Assembly: GCA_965248445.1 (NCBI GenBank) | Contig: CBDFJG010000004.1 | Location: 1,952,001 to 2,016,000 of the forward strand | Length of the DNA stretch: 64,000 nt | Source: Planctomycetota bacterium | GTDB lineage: Bacteria > Planctomycetota > JAJSAM01 > JAJVHW01 | Reading direction: 5' to 3' | Shown here: positions 1 to 9,477 of the stretch, piece after piece | Layout of the letters: each line of letters starts with the position of its first letter | Numbering within the stretch: the first letter of the stretch is position 1 | The notes under the pieces: model-generated | The model's input: only the letters and a program-made list of their open reading frames with translations | Databases searched by the model: none | Told to the model about the DNA's origin: nothing | Made by a program: the position numbers and the translations under genes

Positions 1-28
1 TCCGGGACGAGGTGACGGCGGTGCGGTC

Positions 29-292
29 GTGACCGCCGCCGACCGAGCCGCGGTGCGACTGATCGACACTGTGAGCGAGAGGACCGGGCGCGCGGCTCAT
101 CGTGCGCTCGCGGTCATGTCGGAGACTGAGCGCGTCGAGGTGTCACTCGCGCGGGCCACGCACCACACGGCGAAGGCGGCGAAGGCCGTGATCCGCCACT
201 ATCGGCCAGGGATGAACCTCTCCGAGATGTGCCGGGAGGCGGGCTTCGTTGCGGCGGTCGCGGCGAGGCGAGAGGCGGTGTCCCGTGGATAG
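29..292 (+). CDS. small phage-like hypothetical protein
   Basis: Short ORF overlapping the next ORF start in a tightly packed co-directional run; no recognisable domain. Confidence 0.45.
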   Translation: MTAADRAAVRLIDTVSERTGRAAHRALAVMSETERVEVSLARATHHTAKAAKAVIRHYRPGMNLSEMCREAGFVAAVAARREAVSRG

Positions 293-1100
293 GGCGGCGC
301 ACACTCCGGGACTGTGGCTGGTGATCTTCGACGCGACCGACGCTCGGGTCTACGCCAACGAGGCGGCGGCGCGCTTCGTGGCGCGGCAGACGGAAGAGGC
401 GACGGGCGACAACGTCGTCCCTCGCGCGATGCCGCTCTCGGTCGCGTTGGCGGCGCCGGACCTGCTGGAGGCGCTCGACGGTATCCGGACGCTCGTGCAA
501 CGTCCTCCCTTGCGGAGCATGGAGGAGCAGGCCGAGCGGTTGCTCGACGCTGTGTGGAACGCTGCCCGCGCGGCCCTCGCGAAGGCGGACGACGGTGCGG
601 CGCCCCACGCGGGCCGCGCGAAGGCAATCGCCGAGGGCGATGAGGTCCCGGACGCCCTTCGCGGCGGGTACGGTCTCGACCGCCCCGAGTACGTCTGCGC
701 GGCCTGCGGCGGCGACAGCGTGCAGGGCATCCAACTGGTGAACCCGAACGCGCCTGCCGATGTGACGCAGCACGACACGGAGGGGCTGACGTGGCGTCCC
801 GGGAAGTGCCTGGAGATCGCTACGTGGTGCTACGACTGCGGCACGGACGGCGAGGGGAACGGGCTCGGCATCGTGCTCGCTTCGAAGTACGAGCCGGGCG
901 ACGCGGTCGCCACGGCGGTCTTCGGCCCCGGCTGTCCGTGCGGCTGCGGGAACGCGGCGGACGACTGCGAGAGCGGCTCGGGCAAGTGCGAGGACTGCGG
1001 CGCGGTAGTGCCTACGACGGAGCTTGTCCCGTGGGATGACGGCGCGATCTGCAAGGCATGCGACGCGAAGTCGCACCCGGAGAAGGGCGGTGCGTCGTGA
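285..1100 (+). CDS. phage-like hypothetical protein with C-terminal CxxC zinc-ribbon motifs
   Basis: GTG at 285; N-terminal HTPGLW and AAPDLLEAL motifs typical of small phage early proteins; several CxxC pairs; GTGA overlap with next gene. Confidence 0.65.
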   Translation: MDRAAHTPGLWLVIFDATDARVYANEAAARFVARQTEEATGDNVVPRAMPLSVALAAPDLLEALDGIRTLVQRPPLRSMEEQAERLLDAVWNAARAALAKADDGAAPHAGRAKAIAEGDEVPDALRGGYGLDRPEYVCAACGGDSVQGIQLVNPNAPADVTQHDTEGLTWRPGKCLEIATWCYDCGTDGEGNGLGIVLASKYEPGDAVATAVFGPGCPCGCGNAADDCESGSGKCEDCGAVVPTTELVPWDDGAICKACDAKSHPEKGGAS

Positions 1101-1435
1101 GTCTGCCTCGCTTCCTTCTGATCGCGCGCACGCCGGACGGGCGCCGGGGCGAGAGCCTCGGTTTCCTGACCGAGGGCGACGCGCTGGACGCGTTCGCGGA
1201 CCTGAACGCCGCGGGTTTCGACCTTGCGGCGGTGCGGCTCCCGGGCGCGCGTCACGACGGCGAGGGCGAGTGTCGCGCGTGCGGCGTTGGTCTCGCGTCC
1301 CCTTGCGAATGCGGGATGTGCGATGACGCGGCGTGCTGGTGCCGGCGGGTCGCGCCTGGCGACCACGCGGCGCGTATCCGCGAGATCGTCGCGACGCTTG
1401 GCGCGGCGCCCGCGTTCGGCGGAGGTGCGTCATGA
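1097..1435 (+). CDS. Cys-rich phage-like hypothetical protein
   Basis: GTGA/ATGA overlaps on both sides; CRAC...CECGMCDDAACWC. Confidence 0.6.
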   Translation: MSLPRFLLIARTPDGRRGESLGFLTEGDALDAFADLNAAGFDLAAVRLPGARHDGEGECRACGVGLASPCECGMCDDAACWCRRVAPGDHAARIREIVATLGAAPAFGGGAS

Positions 1436-2346
1436 GGGCCGTCGATCTCTTCGCGGGCGCTGGTGGCTTCACCACCGGCGCGACAGCCGCGGGCGTGGAC
1501 GTCCTGCTCGCGCTGAATCACTGGGCGGCGGCCGTGGACATCCACGCGCGCAACCACGGCGGCGTCACGCACTGGACGCAGGACGCGCAAGAGGCGGACT
1601 GGCGGCTGGTGCCGGACCACGATCTGCTGCTGGCGTCGCCTGCCTGCCAGGGACACTCCCAGGCGGGGCAGCCCGGCCGGTGGCAGTCTGGCGTACTGCG
1701 GCGGCAACAGGCGGACCGGAACACCGCGTGGGCGGTGATCGCGTGCGCGGAGACCAAGAGGCCGCGGACCATCTTGGTCGAGAACGTGGCGGACTTCCTG
1801 CGGTGGCCGCTGTTCGGCGGGTGGACGCGGTGCCTGGAACTGCTCGGCTACGTGGTGCGCACGCACGTCTTCGACGTCGCGGACTTCGGGCTGCCGCAGA
1901 ACCGCGTCCGCGCGATCGTGACGGCGCGGCAGGGCGAGGCGCTGGACCTCGCGTCACCCGGGCTTGAGTGGCGCGGCTTCGGGCCGTGCGTGGACTGGGC
2001 GGCCGGGGAGTGGGCGGCGGTCGCGGGAAAGACCGCGGGCGTGCGCCGGCGGATCCAGCGCGGGAGGGATCGCGGCCTCGGGCGGCGGTTCCTGACCCAC
2101 TACGTGACCGGTCACCCGGGGCGGTCGCTCTCGCGGCCGATCGGGTGCGTGACCACGAAGGCGCAATGGGCGGTCGTTGACGGCGACCGCACGCGGATGC
2201 TGAGCACGGCGGAGTTGCGTCGTGCGATGGGGTTCCCGGCGGACTACGTTCTGCCGACCGGGAAGACGCTGGCGCTGCGGATGCTCGGGAACGCGATCCC
2301 GCCTGGGTTCGCGCAAGAGTTGGTCGCGCAGGCGGTGGCGGCATGA
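1432..2346 (+). CDS. DNA (cytosine-5)-methyltransferase
   Basis: Motif I DLFAGAGG, catalytic SPACQGHS, ENV, QNRVR, C-terminal GNAI; GGAGG RBS; no cognate endonuclease adjacent. Confidence 0.92.
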   Translation: MRAVDLFAGAGGFTTGATAAGVDVLLALNHWAAAVDIHARNHGGVTHWTQDAQEADWRLVPDHDLLLASPACQGHSQAGQPGRWQSGVLRRQQADRNTAWAVIACAETKRPRTILVENVADFLRWPLFGGWTRCLELLGYVVRTHVFDVADFGLPQNRVRAIVTARQGEALDLASPGLEWRGFGPCVDWAAGEWAAVAGKTAGVRRRIQRGRDRGLGRRFLTHYVTGHPGRSLSRPIGCVTTKAQWAVVDGDRTRMLSTAELRRAMGFPADYVLPTGKTLALRMLGNAIPPGFAQELVAQAVAA

Positions 2347-3072
2347 GCGGCGGAGGCACAGGGTCGCGGGATCGGCGGCGGAAGGTGGTGGCGCTCGTCC
2401 GCGTGTCCACCGAGAGCCAGCACCTGGACCGCCAGATCTCGCGGGCGCAGGCGTGGGCGGACGCGAATGGCTGTCGGCTGGGGATCCGAGAGGAGAAGGC
2501 GTCGGGGCGGTCGCGGGATCGGCCGGTGCTCGACAAGCTGATCCGGGACTGCCGGGCGGGCCGCGTGCGCGTCGTGTGGGTGGATGACTTCGACCGGTTA
2601 TCGCGGTCACTCGAAGGCGGCATCCGGACGATGGCGGAACTCAGTCGCCTCGGCGTGCGTGTACGTGCGGGAGTTGGACGTCGACTACGGGACCGCGGAG
2701 GGCGCGCTGAAGGCGGCGCTGTTCCTGGCGCTCGCGGAGTACTTCGCGCGGAAGCTCGGAGAGCGCACGAAGGCGGGACTCGAGGCGGCGCGGCTTCGCG
2801 GAGAGCGGATCGGCCGGCAGCCGTACGTGTGGACGGCGCTGGACGACCAGCGGCTGCGGCAACTCGCGGCCGCTGGATGGGCGATCAAGCGGATCCATCG
2901 GGAGGGCGGCCTGCGGCTGTTCCGCGGCGTGAAGGTGGACGGCGAGTGGACCGAGCGGGCGTCGTCGCCGAGCCGGAAGCTGATCCGGACGCGGATGGTC
3001 GAGCTGGGGTTGAAGAAGCGCCCCGTAGTATCCGGGCAGGACGGTGCGCGACGCACCGAGGGGAGGGCGTGA
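2343..3072 (+). pseudogene. resolvase/invertase-type serine recombinase, frameshifted near 2660
   Basis: VRVSTESQ (catalytic Ser), RDRPVL, DRLSRS in one frame; continues as ELDVDYGT...ERTKAGLEAARLRGERIGR in another frame; may be a real mutation or an assembly indel. Confidence 0.85.
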
Positions 3073-3338
3073 TGTCAGTTGTGTTTGCGAGCTACGACCT
3101 GCAGAAGCCTGGCCAGCCTTGGGCGGCGGTTGACGAGGCGCTCAAGAAGCTGAAGGGCTACCGCGCTCTCGAAACCTTCTGGTTCTTCGCGGCGCCGACA
3201 ACGGTGAAGCAGGTCACTGCCGTGTTCCGCCGTCTCGCGGACGACAACGACAAATGGTTCGTCGGCACAGCGTCGGACCCGGCGGGGTGGGAACTGGCGT
3301 CCGCCGACTGGGACAAGTGGCTCCAGGAGAGCCTGTAG
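3072..3338 (+). CDS. small Cas2-like/phage 'SinR-family' ferredoxin-fold protein
   Basis: 88 aa; VFASYDLQKPGQ...ETFW...DDNDKWFV pattern; ATG overlaps the recombinase stop. Confidence 0.65.
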   Translation: MSVVFASYDLQKPGQPWAAVDEALKKLKGYRALETFWFFAAPTTVKQVTAVFRRLADDNDKWFVGTASDPAGWELASADWDKWLQESL

Positions 3339-3383
3339 GCGGGAATAGCCGTCACGGCCGAGCGCGCGGCCGGGCGCGGCGGC

Positions 3384-3653
3384 TCACGCCCGCTCCTTGA
3401 CCCACGCCCAGACGGCATCGACTCCCTCTATGTCGTCGTCCGGGGCGTCGTCGCGGATCTCGCAGATGATGCACGAGCAGCCGGCGGCGTTGCGTGGTCG
3501 GCCGTGCGTCTCCTGCCACTCCGGATCGCCGTGGTCGTACTCGTGTGGCGCGCAGAGCACGATGACGAGGGTGTCCTCGTCGCACTCGCCGCAGCCGCAG
3601 TTCCGCGTGAGCGAGCAGCTGCACAGTAGCGTGACGGTCTCGGGCTTCGTCAC
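3384..3653 (-). CDS. Cys-rich small hypothetical protein
   Basis: GTGA-coupled to upstream ORF; CSC, CGCGEC, CSCIIC. Confidence 0.5.
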   Translation of the reverse strand: MTKPETVTLLCSCSLTRNCGCGECDEDTLVIVLCAPHEYDHGDPEWQETHGRPRNAAGCSCIICEIRDDAPDDDIEGVDAVWAWVKERA

Positions 3654-3940
3654 GACGCCTCGCCCTCCGCGACCTGGTCGCGCTCGCAGGCCGCGGGTCG
3701 CGCCTCGAACAGCTGGCACTGCATCACGCAACCGACTTGGACGGCGCCCTGGTGCCCCTCGGGCCGCGGCATGAACTCGTGCCGGCAGTGCGAGTGGGTG
3801 ACTCCCTGGTCCGACAAGTTCGCCTCCAGTGCGCCTTCGCCGACGAGCTTCACCGTGCCGGGGGCGATGTCGATCGTGAACCCCCACTTGCAGGATCCGC
3901 AGATCGTGCGGGAGCCGACGGACTCGGGCTTGTCGCTCAT
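3650..3940 (-). CDS. small hypothetical protein (Cys-containing)
   Basis: GGAG RBS, ATG at 3940, ATGA/GTGA overlaps. Confidence 0.55.
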   Translation of the reverse strand: MSDKPESVGSRTICGSCKWGFTIDIAPGTVKLVGEGALEANLSDQGVTHSHCRHEFMPRPEGHQGAVQVGCVMQCQLFEARPAACERDQVAEGEAS

Positions 3941-4152
3941 GCAGTGCTCCTCGCGGCGATGCGGCGGCGCTCCTTGGCCAACCTCGCGACCGCCCGCCGT
4001 TGCGCCTCTGCCGCGTCGCACGTGCACGGCGGCCCGCTGAGTCGGCGGCAGCCCGTGTCGCGCGACAGCGGCAGAGTGTCAACCTGTTGAAAACGTGTCG
4101 GTGACGGGACACGAGCGCCGCTCTCCCATCGGCTCGTCGCTAGACTCTCCCC

Positions 4153-4350
4153 ATGCAGCCACCACGCCGCCCGCGCCGCTGGAGCCCTCGCGCGTTCGGT
4201 GTTGTCGTCCGCGTGGCGGCGGTCGTCGGCCTGGTGGCGATGGTGGGGTGGCCGGAGACTCACGGTGTGAGTCGGTACTGGGGGACGGAGGACAAGTTCG
4301 ACCTCACGTCGTTCCGGTGGCGCGGCGATCCGGAGGTCGTTTGGTTTGAC
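4153..4350 (+). pseudogene. 5' remnant of a membrane-anchored protein gene
   Basis: TAGACT 6 nt before ATG; basic N-terminus plus hydrophobic helix; homologous N-terminus at 33569; end point uncertain. Confidence 0.4.
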
Positions 4351-4395
4351 GCGCGGTCCCCCCGGGGCACGGTGGTACCGACCGCGTCGTGCGCT

Positions 4396-5057
4396 TCACC
4401 CCACGCCCCACGCGACCACGTTCGCGACCGTGTGCACGATCCAGCCGTACAGGAGGCTCCCGGTCCACTGCCTGGCGAGGCCGATTACAGCCGCGCCAAG
4501 AAGGACGTACATCAACTGGAACGTCGCGAAACGCGGGGGCATCGCCGCGAAGTTCGGTAGGTGCCAGGCGGTGAACACGAGGGCGGTCAGGAGGAGCGGC
4601 CACTCGATGGGCAGCCACGCGATAACGCGGCCACTCCAAGCGCTGTCCAGAACGCGGTAGACGAAACCGAAGAATACGAGATCCTGCGCCGCGGGCGACA
4701 CCGTCCACATGCTCGATGACGCCCCCTTGAAGGCGTGTAGATCGAGCAACGGATAGACCACCACGGTCAGCAGGAGCGGAACGCCGCACACGACGAGCAC
4801 GCCGCGCCAGTGCTCGCGGATGCGTCCGATCACGAGCCCGCTGCGCACGGGTGCCCAGAGCGTCAGCGCCAATCCGTAGACCAGCGTCCAGCCCTCGAAC
4901 CAGTAGGACCATGTGACACCGCACAGCCACACCGGCGGCCCCGCCGTCCTGGCGAGCCAGCGCCAGATTGCGTGCCAGAGTGCCGCGGCAGCTAGCCCAA
5001 TGCAGAGCGACACCGCACGGCGAGCGCGCGACGGTAGCGGTGCTGTGGAGTCCTCGA
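4396..5057 (-). CDS. CPBP (Abi/CAAX) family intramembrane protein, degenerate motif 1
   Basis: Multi-TM; SPAAQDLVFFG (vs EExxFRG), FTAWH, HTVAN motifs; 5' end abuts the IS5 remnant so the start is uncertain. Confidence 0.75.
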
Positions 5058-5321
5058 GGCGTTGGTACATGAATGCCCTGGTGGTCCGCCGGTCACCATC
5101 AGCGAGCCTTCCGTCACAAGGGGGCAAGGGTCGAGCAAGCGATCCAGGGTACATCTCTCGTTCAGGACCAAGTACCGAGTCAGCAACTGGCCCGAGTACG
5201 ACCGCGGACTCGTCCGGCGAGGCGTGCCTGCAATGCCCTCAACTGGATGATCGGCGTCGGGCGGTAGAGGACGCGAGCCGCTGGGGCGGATTCGGCAGTT
5301 GCTGATCCATGCACGAACACC
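5058..5321 (+). mobile_element. internally deleted IS5-family (IS903-like) element, MITE-like
   Basis: Imperfect 17-bp TIRs GGCGTTGGTACATGAAT (5058-5074) / ATCCATGCACGAACACC (5305-5321); encodes transposase N-terminus KYRVSNWPEYDRGLVRRG joined to C-terminus ACNALNWMIGVGR. Confidence 0.75.
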
Positions 5322-5471
5322 GAGAACACCGCTCAGCGCAACTCGTCGTGGAACCCGTGGAGCTCCGCTGGTAGCGACGGATCGCGTTGCGCCGGCAGAC
5401 TGTAGGACCTGCACGCCGACGTCAGCAGCGACGCGAGCCACGAGAGCACTCACCAACGCCTCCTAGGCCTC

Positions 5472-6227
5472 CTACGCCTCAACCGGCCTACTGCCGTGCT
5501 CGCAGCCTTCATGAGGGTCGCGGACTACATATCCGACGACGGCCATGAGGGCGAAGCCGAGAACCGACACGACGTAACCGACTCGGTACTGACCGAGAAC
5601 CGCGACGACGCGGTCCTGGGTCAGCGGAATGGCGCGATGGGCGAGCTGCAAGTCGGCGACGACGAACGACAGAACGTGCGCAAGTCCAAGCGCGGCCTGG
5701 GCGGAGATCGTCGCGAGGGGATCCTGGATCCATCCACGACCGCGCCGTCTCCAGTACAGGATGGCGATCACCGCGAGCCAGATTGCACCGATCTCGAGCC
5801 ACCGGAGGGCTCCCGAGAGCACGCCGACGTAGTCGGAGTAGAGATACGATGCCTCGATCGCAACGACGATCGCAGACAGGTAGGCGAGCGATTCGGAGGA
5901 TGCCGCGGTCAAGCGCGATCGGGGGCATCGATGTAACACCGCGAGGGAGACCGCCCAGACCGGAACGAACAAGTACGGATACACGCGCCGGACCGCCCAG
6001 AGCCCGGCAAGGAACTCATCCCAGGTGTGACCGCACGGTGCTGCGCCCGCGATCAATTCGCTCGGCACGATGTGCCGAGGACCTCCCGTTGGACCGATCT
6101 TCACTTCGACGAGCGGTAGGAATGCGGACACCACGACGGTCACGATGGCGGTCCACCGAACAGCACGCCACGTCAACATGTCCGTGCGCGGCGGGGCAGA
6201 TGCCTGGTTCACACGGTCACTGTCCAT
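5472..6227 (-). CDS. multi-pass membrane protein, hypothetical
   Basis: Several hydrophobic segments; overlaps the WD40 gene end. Confidence 0.65.
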   Translation of the reverse strand: MDSDRVNQASAPPRTDMLTWRAVRWTAIVTVVVSAFLPLVEVKIGPTGGPRHIVPSELIAGAAPCGHTWDEFLAGLWAVRRVYPYLFVPVWAVSLAVLHRCPRSRLTAASSESLAYLSAIVVAIEASYLYSDYVGVLSGALRWLEIGAIWLAVIAILYWRRRGRGWIQDPLATISAQAALGLAHVLSFVVADLQLAHRAIPLTQDRVVAVLGQYRVGYVVSVLGFALMAVVGYVVRDPHEGCEHGSRPVEA

Positions 6228-8253
6228 CGCCGTCGCGGGCGGAACGACCCAGTTTCCAGACGATCACACGCGCATCCACACCGCCGGAGACAATGCGGTC
6301 GGCGGAGCGATCGAGGCAGACGCGCAGAACAGCGCCATGGTGACGCTTGCCGACGAGTTGCGGCTCGCTGCCGTCAAGACCGATCCGACGTACGGTTCCG
6401 TCGTCATACCCGACCGCCGCCAGCTCTCCGGACAACGCAACGTCGAAGCACCTTGGACCGCTGCCGAGCTGGGTACGGGTCATCTCCACAGCGCTCTGCG
6501 GCGTGATCCTCCAACTCGTCAGATCTCCGCCCGCAAGAACAAAGAGCGTGTCGATGCTCTGGATACCGAAACTCACGCCCTTGATCAGCCCCGTGTTCGC
6601 GTCTGGCTCAGGAGTGAATTCATGTAGTATTTCAAGGCTCTCTGCGTCCCGTACCCGGACTCGTGTGCCTGACACGACCTGCGCGAGCAGCGCCGCATCC
6701 CGTGATGCGCTGATGTGCCCGCCCATGCCGCCGCCCGACTCCGACCACCGCCCCGAGCGGTCACTCGATTCGAGACGGTGTGTCCAGACTCTGGCGTCCG
6801 AGAACGAGAGGAATACACGCGTGCCGGCGGCATCGACGGCGAGTCCGCGCACATCGCCCGCCGGCGCCTCGATCGAGAACTGAACAGCCCCGGAGTCGTG
6901 GTCGCGCACAGTCAGCCGGCCAGCGACCGTGCGGTGGACGATGATCGCCGCTCGTCTGACGTGGACGAGGTCGCGGACCTCGCGCTCCACGAGAGTTGCG
7001 TCAACGAGTTCGCAGCGTTCGCCCAACGCCCAGCGCCGGAGATCGCCCTCGCCTCCGACCGTCCACGTCACGTTGCCGTCGACCGCGAGAGCGGCCGAGC
7101 GAATGGGACCGACGTGCGAACTCGGTTCTCCTATCTCACGTCCGGTCGTCAGGTCCCACGTCCGCAGCACTCCGGACTCGAGAAGCACGGTCACTTCGGC
7201 GCCACCCGGCCGAGCGGCCATCGCCACGACTGCCGCGCCCGTATCGTCGACGATCTGCCGCACCCTTCCGCTCGCAACGTCCCACTCGAACACGGTGTTG
7301 CGGCGCCAGATGAACGCACGACCCGGCGTGGCTGTCACGACACCACACCACAGGGGTGTCTCCTCGCCGGGGAGCCGCGCCGCCGGCAGATCCGACTGCG
7401 ACCCGTCTCGTAGATTCACCAACACGGCGCGGCCAGATCGTTCTCCGAGCACGATGAGTTCCGTCGGCGTCGACGTGACGCCGAGCCAGCGTTCACTCTT
7501 GTCCAACATCGTCACCTGGCGCACGGTGTGTGCCGCCTCGTCGAATACTTCGACGCGACCGGTCTCGCGGAGGACCACGACGTCACGCCGCGAGTGGGCA
7601 TCTAGCCAAACTGCCCCACTTCCTCGCGTAGAGACGAGTGTCAACTCCTCCCCGTGACTCAGACTGGCGACGCCGAGCGTTCCATCGGGCCACGAGACGA
7701 CGGCGGACCCGTCGTCGGTCTCCGCGAACGCCAACGCACCGACCGGAGGCCCGCCCGGGATAGTTCGTAGAAGTTGTCCGCGCTCTGACCAGACGAAGAT
7801 TGACCCGGACGCGACGGTGATGACGGACCCCGTCGTTCTGCTCCAGACCAGCGTCGACGCAATGTCTGCGCCATCGGCGAGTTCGAGGTGGCGCTGGATG
7901 ACTTCAACAAGAGACGGCTTGGCGTCATCGTCGCGGACCGTGTGTGCGTGAAAGCGAGCAGACACCGCCCGCGATCGTGTATCCCAGATCGTGACCGTGC
8001 CGTCCGCTGACGCGCACAAGAGCCGTTCGCCATCGCTCGAGTACGTTGGCGGCACCACGACGAACGGCGGCGCGACGCGGAACCCCCGTGGGCTGAGTTC
8101 GACGGAGCACCCCGCGCGCGCCGGCTGCTCAGCGGGACTGCACCGCGCGGCGCCGAACGGGAGCCACGCAATCGCAGCGAGACCGACGAGAACGGCGAAG
8201 AATCGGCGAGCGGAGTTCGGAGACGTCAAGTGGTCCGCCCGACATGGTGACAT
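6217..8253 (-). CDS. WD40-repeat (beta-propeller) protein, probably exported
   Basis: SADGTVTIWD, SGVLRTWD, GYDDGTVR, SGGVDARVIVW repeats; N-terminal hydrophobic segment; start uncertain. Confidence 0.8.
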   Translation of the reverse strand: MSPCRADHLTSPNSARRFFAVLVGLAAIAWLPFGAARCSPAEQPARAGCSVELSPRGFRVAPPFVVVPPTYSSDGERLLCASADGTVTIWDTRSRAVSARFHAHTVRDDDAKPSLVEVIQRHLELADGADIASTLVWSRTTGSVITVASGSIFVWSERGQLLRTIPGGPPVGALAFAETDDGSAVVSWPDGTLGVASLSHGEELTLVSTRGSGAVWLDAHSRRDVVVLRETGRVEVFDEAAHTVRQVTMLDKSERWLGVTSTPTELIVLGERSGRAVLVNLRDGSQSDLPAARLPGEETPLWCGVVTATPGRAFIWRRNTVFEWDVASGRVRQIVDDTGAAVVAMAARPGGAEVTVLLESGVLRTWDLTTGREIGEPSSHVGPIRSAALAVDGNVTWTVGGEGDLRRWALGERCELVDATLVEREVRDLVHVRRAAIIVHRTVAGRLTVRDHDSGAVQFSIEAPAGDVRGLAVDAAGTRVFLSFSDARVWTHRLESSDRSGRWSESGGGMGGHISASRDAALLAQVVSGTRVRVRDAESLEILHEFTPEPDANTGLIKGVSFGIQSIDTLFVLAGGDLTSWRITPQSAVEMTRTQLGSGPRCFDVALSGELAAVGYDDGTVRRIGLDGSEPQLVGKRHHGAVLRVCLDRSADRIVSGGVDARVIVWKLGRSARDGDGQ

Positions 8254-8328
8254 GAGTCGGCGACGTCGCGTGCTCGGTGGGCGGCGTCCCACGAGAAGGT
8301 GGCCGTGCCACGCGCGCGGCCGTCAGAG

Positions 8329-8814
8329 TTACTCGTAGTACCACATGGTCGAGACGTCGGAGTCGCTCATCGCCTCGGCATATACCCCCGTGGCCGGATC
8401 ATCGACGAGCACGCGGTAACCGTCCTTGCCGTTCGGGAGCCATACCACGCCAGTGTTACCGCTCGTGGTCAGCCCAACGGTCGTGAGGGACGCAGTACCC
8501 ACAGTCGTCCACTCACCAGACTCCAGACGACCGCTGCTGTCGGAGTCGACCCCGTACTGGAGCAGGGCGCTCTGGACCGGGTCGTCTGCGGGGTCATCGT
8601 GCACGACGTTGATACTCATCCAGGTCTTCGTCGAATTCGTGACCGGATCGTACGCTCCGTAGTCGACGTCGATCGCCGTATCGACGTCGTCCTGCGTGTG
8701 GACGACGCTTCTTCGTATTGCATCCGTGACGGGCGGCGTGGCGCTCGCCACACCCAGGAACGTTCCTAGTCCGGCCAGCAGGCACGCGATGCGTGTGGTT
8801 CGGTGTAGCCTCAT
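8329..8814 (-). CDS. secreted hypothetical protein
   Basis: Signal peptide MRLHRTTRIACLLAGLGTFLGVASA; GGAG upstream; beta-rich acidic mature part. Confidence 0.75.
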   Translation of the reverse strand: MRLHRTTRIACLLAGLGTFLGVASATPPVTDAIRRSVVHTQDDVDTAIDVDYGAYDPVTNSTKTWMSINVVHDDPADDPVQSALLQYGVDSDSSGRLESGEWTTVGTASLTTVGLTTSGNTGVVWLPNGKDGYRVLVDDPATGVYAEAMSDSDVSTMWYYE

Positions 8815-8914
8815 GACTCCGGTCTCCTCTCGATCAACCAGGCTGACGACCCGTCACTGTCGAGTCTTCGCGGCCGCAACGCCATGCTGCGCTCACTTCG
8901 GCCTGCGAGCCTCA

Positions 8915-9397
8915 CTACTCGTGCGTCCACTCGAGTGTGTACGCGAACATGCTCTTGGACGCGCTCCCTTCCAACAACTCTACGCTCATGCTGACGAGCG
9001 TCTTGTCCGGGTCTACGGTGATGCCGTGTGCCCCGGCTCCAGTGGTCGTGACCTTGTTGGTCTTGCTGCCATCGGCGTATGTGCCCTGCACATAGACGCC
9101 CACCGAGCCGACCGCGGTCGGGTCCGCGTTGACCGTGACGTTGTCTCCGGCTGCATTCATCTTCAGAATGACCGGAGGCAGGACTGCGGGCGAGCCACTG
9201 GCGCTACCCGGCGATACGACGGGTCCGTCCTCCGACTGGTACGACTCGGTGATCTCACTTCCCTGCGTGAAGAGCGGGGGGTCCGGCAGTGCGGCGGGGT
9301 CGGGTTGTGACGCCGAGCACCCGACAGCTATGCCGAGAAATCCGGCGCAGAAGTAACCTGCTGCCTGCGCGAACTGTGTGTGAACTCTCGGGGTCAT
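8915..9397 (-). CDS. putative lipoprotein, hypothetical
   Basis: GGAGG upstream; lipobox-like IAVGC. Confidence 0.65.
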   Translation of the reverse strand: MTPRVHTQFAQAAGYFCAGFLGIAVGCSASQPDPAALPDPPLFTQGSEITESYQSEDGPVVSPGSASGSPAVLPPVILKMNAAGDNVTVNADPTAVGSVGVYVQGTYADGSKTNKVTTTGAGAHGITVDPDKTLVSMSVELLEGSASKSMFAYTLEWTHE

Positions 9398-9465
9398 AAG
9401 CGTGCTCCCTCCCGCTGACTTCGCGTGGCAGTTCATCGTATGCGGGTCCCGATACTCGTCAATGA

Positions 9466-9477
9466 GTAACCGTTCAC
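9466..9477. repeat. orphan IS66 terminal inverted repeat
   Basis: GTAACCGTTCAC, identical to the first 12 bp of the IS66 end at 9539. Confidence 0.6.

Noticed and set aside
114..1475. Long Arg/Pro/Ala-rich antisense ORFs here and throughout the window
   Set aside because: Typical shadow ORFs of high-GC coding DNA with no motifs
3072..3338. CRISPR-Cas locus suggested by the Cas2-like ORF
   Set aside because: No repeat-spacer array or other cas genes seen in the window
2343..3338. 331-aa recombinase-Cas2 fusion ORF
   Set aside because: Artefact of the frameshift; the middle is non-protein-like and the small gene has its own coupled start
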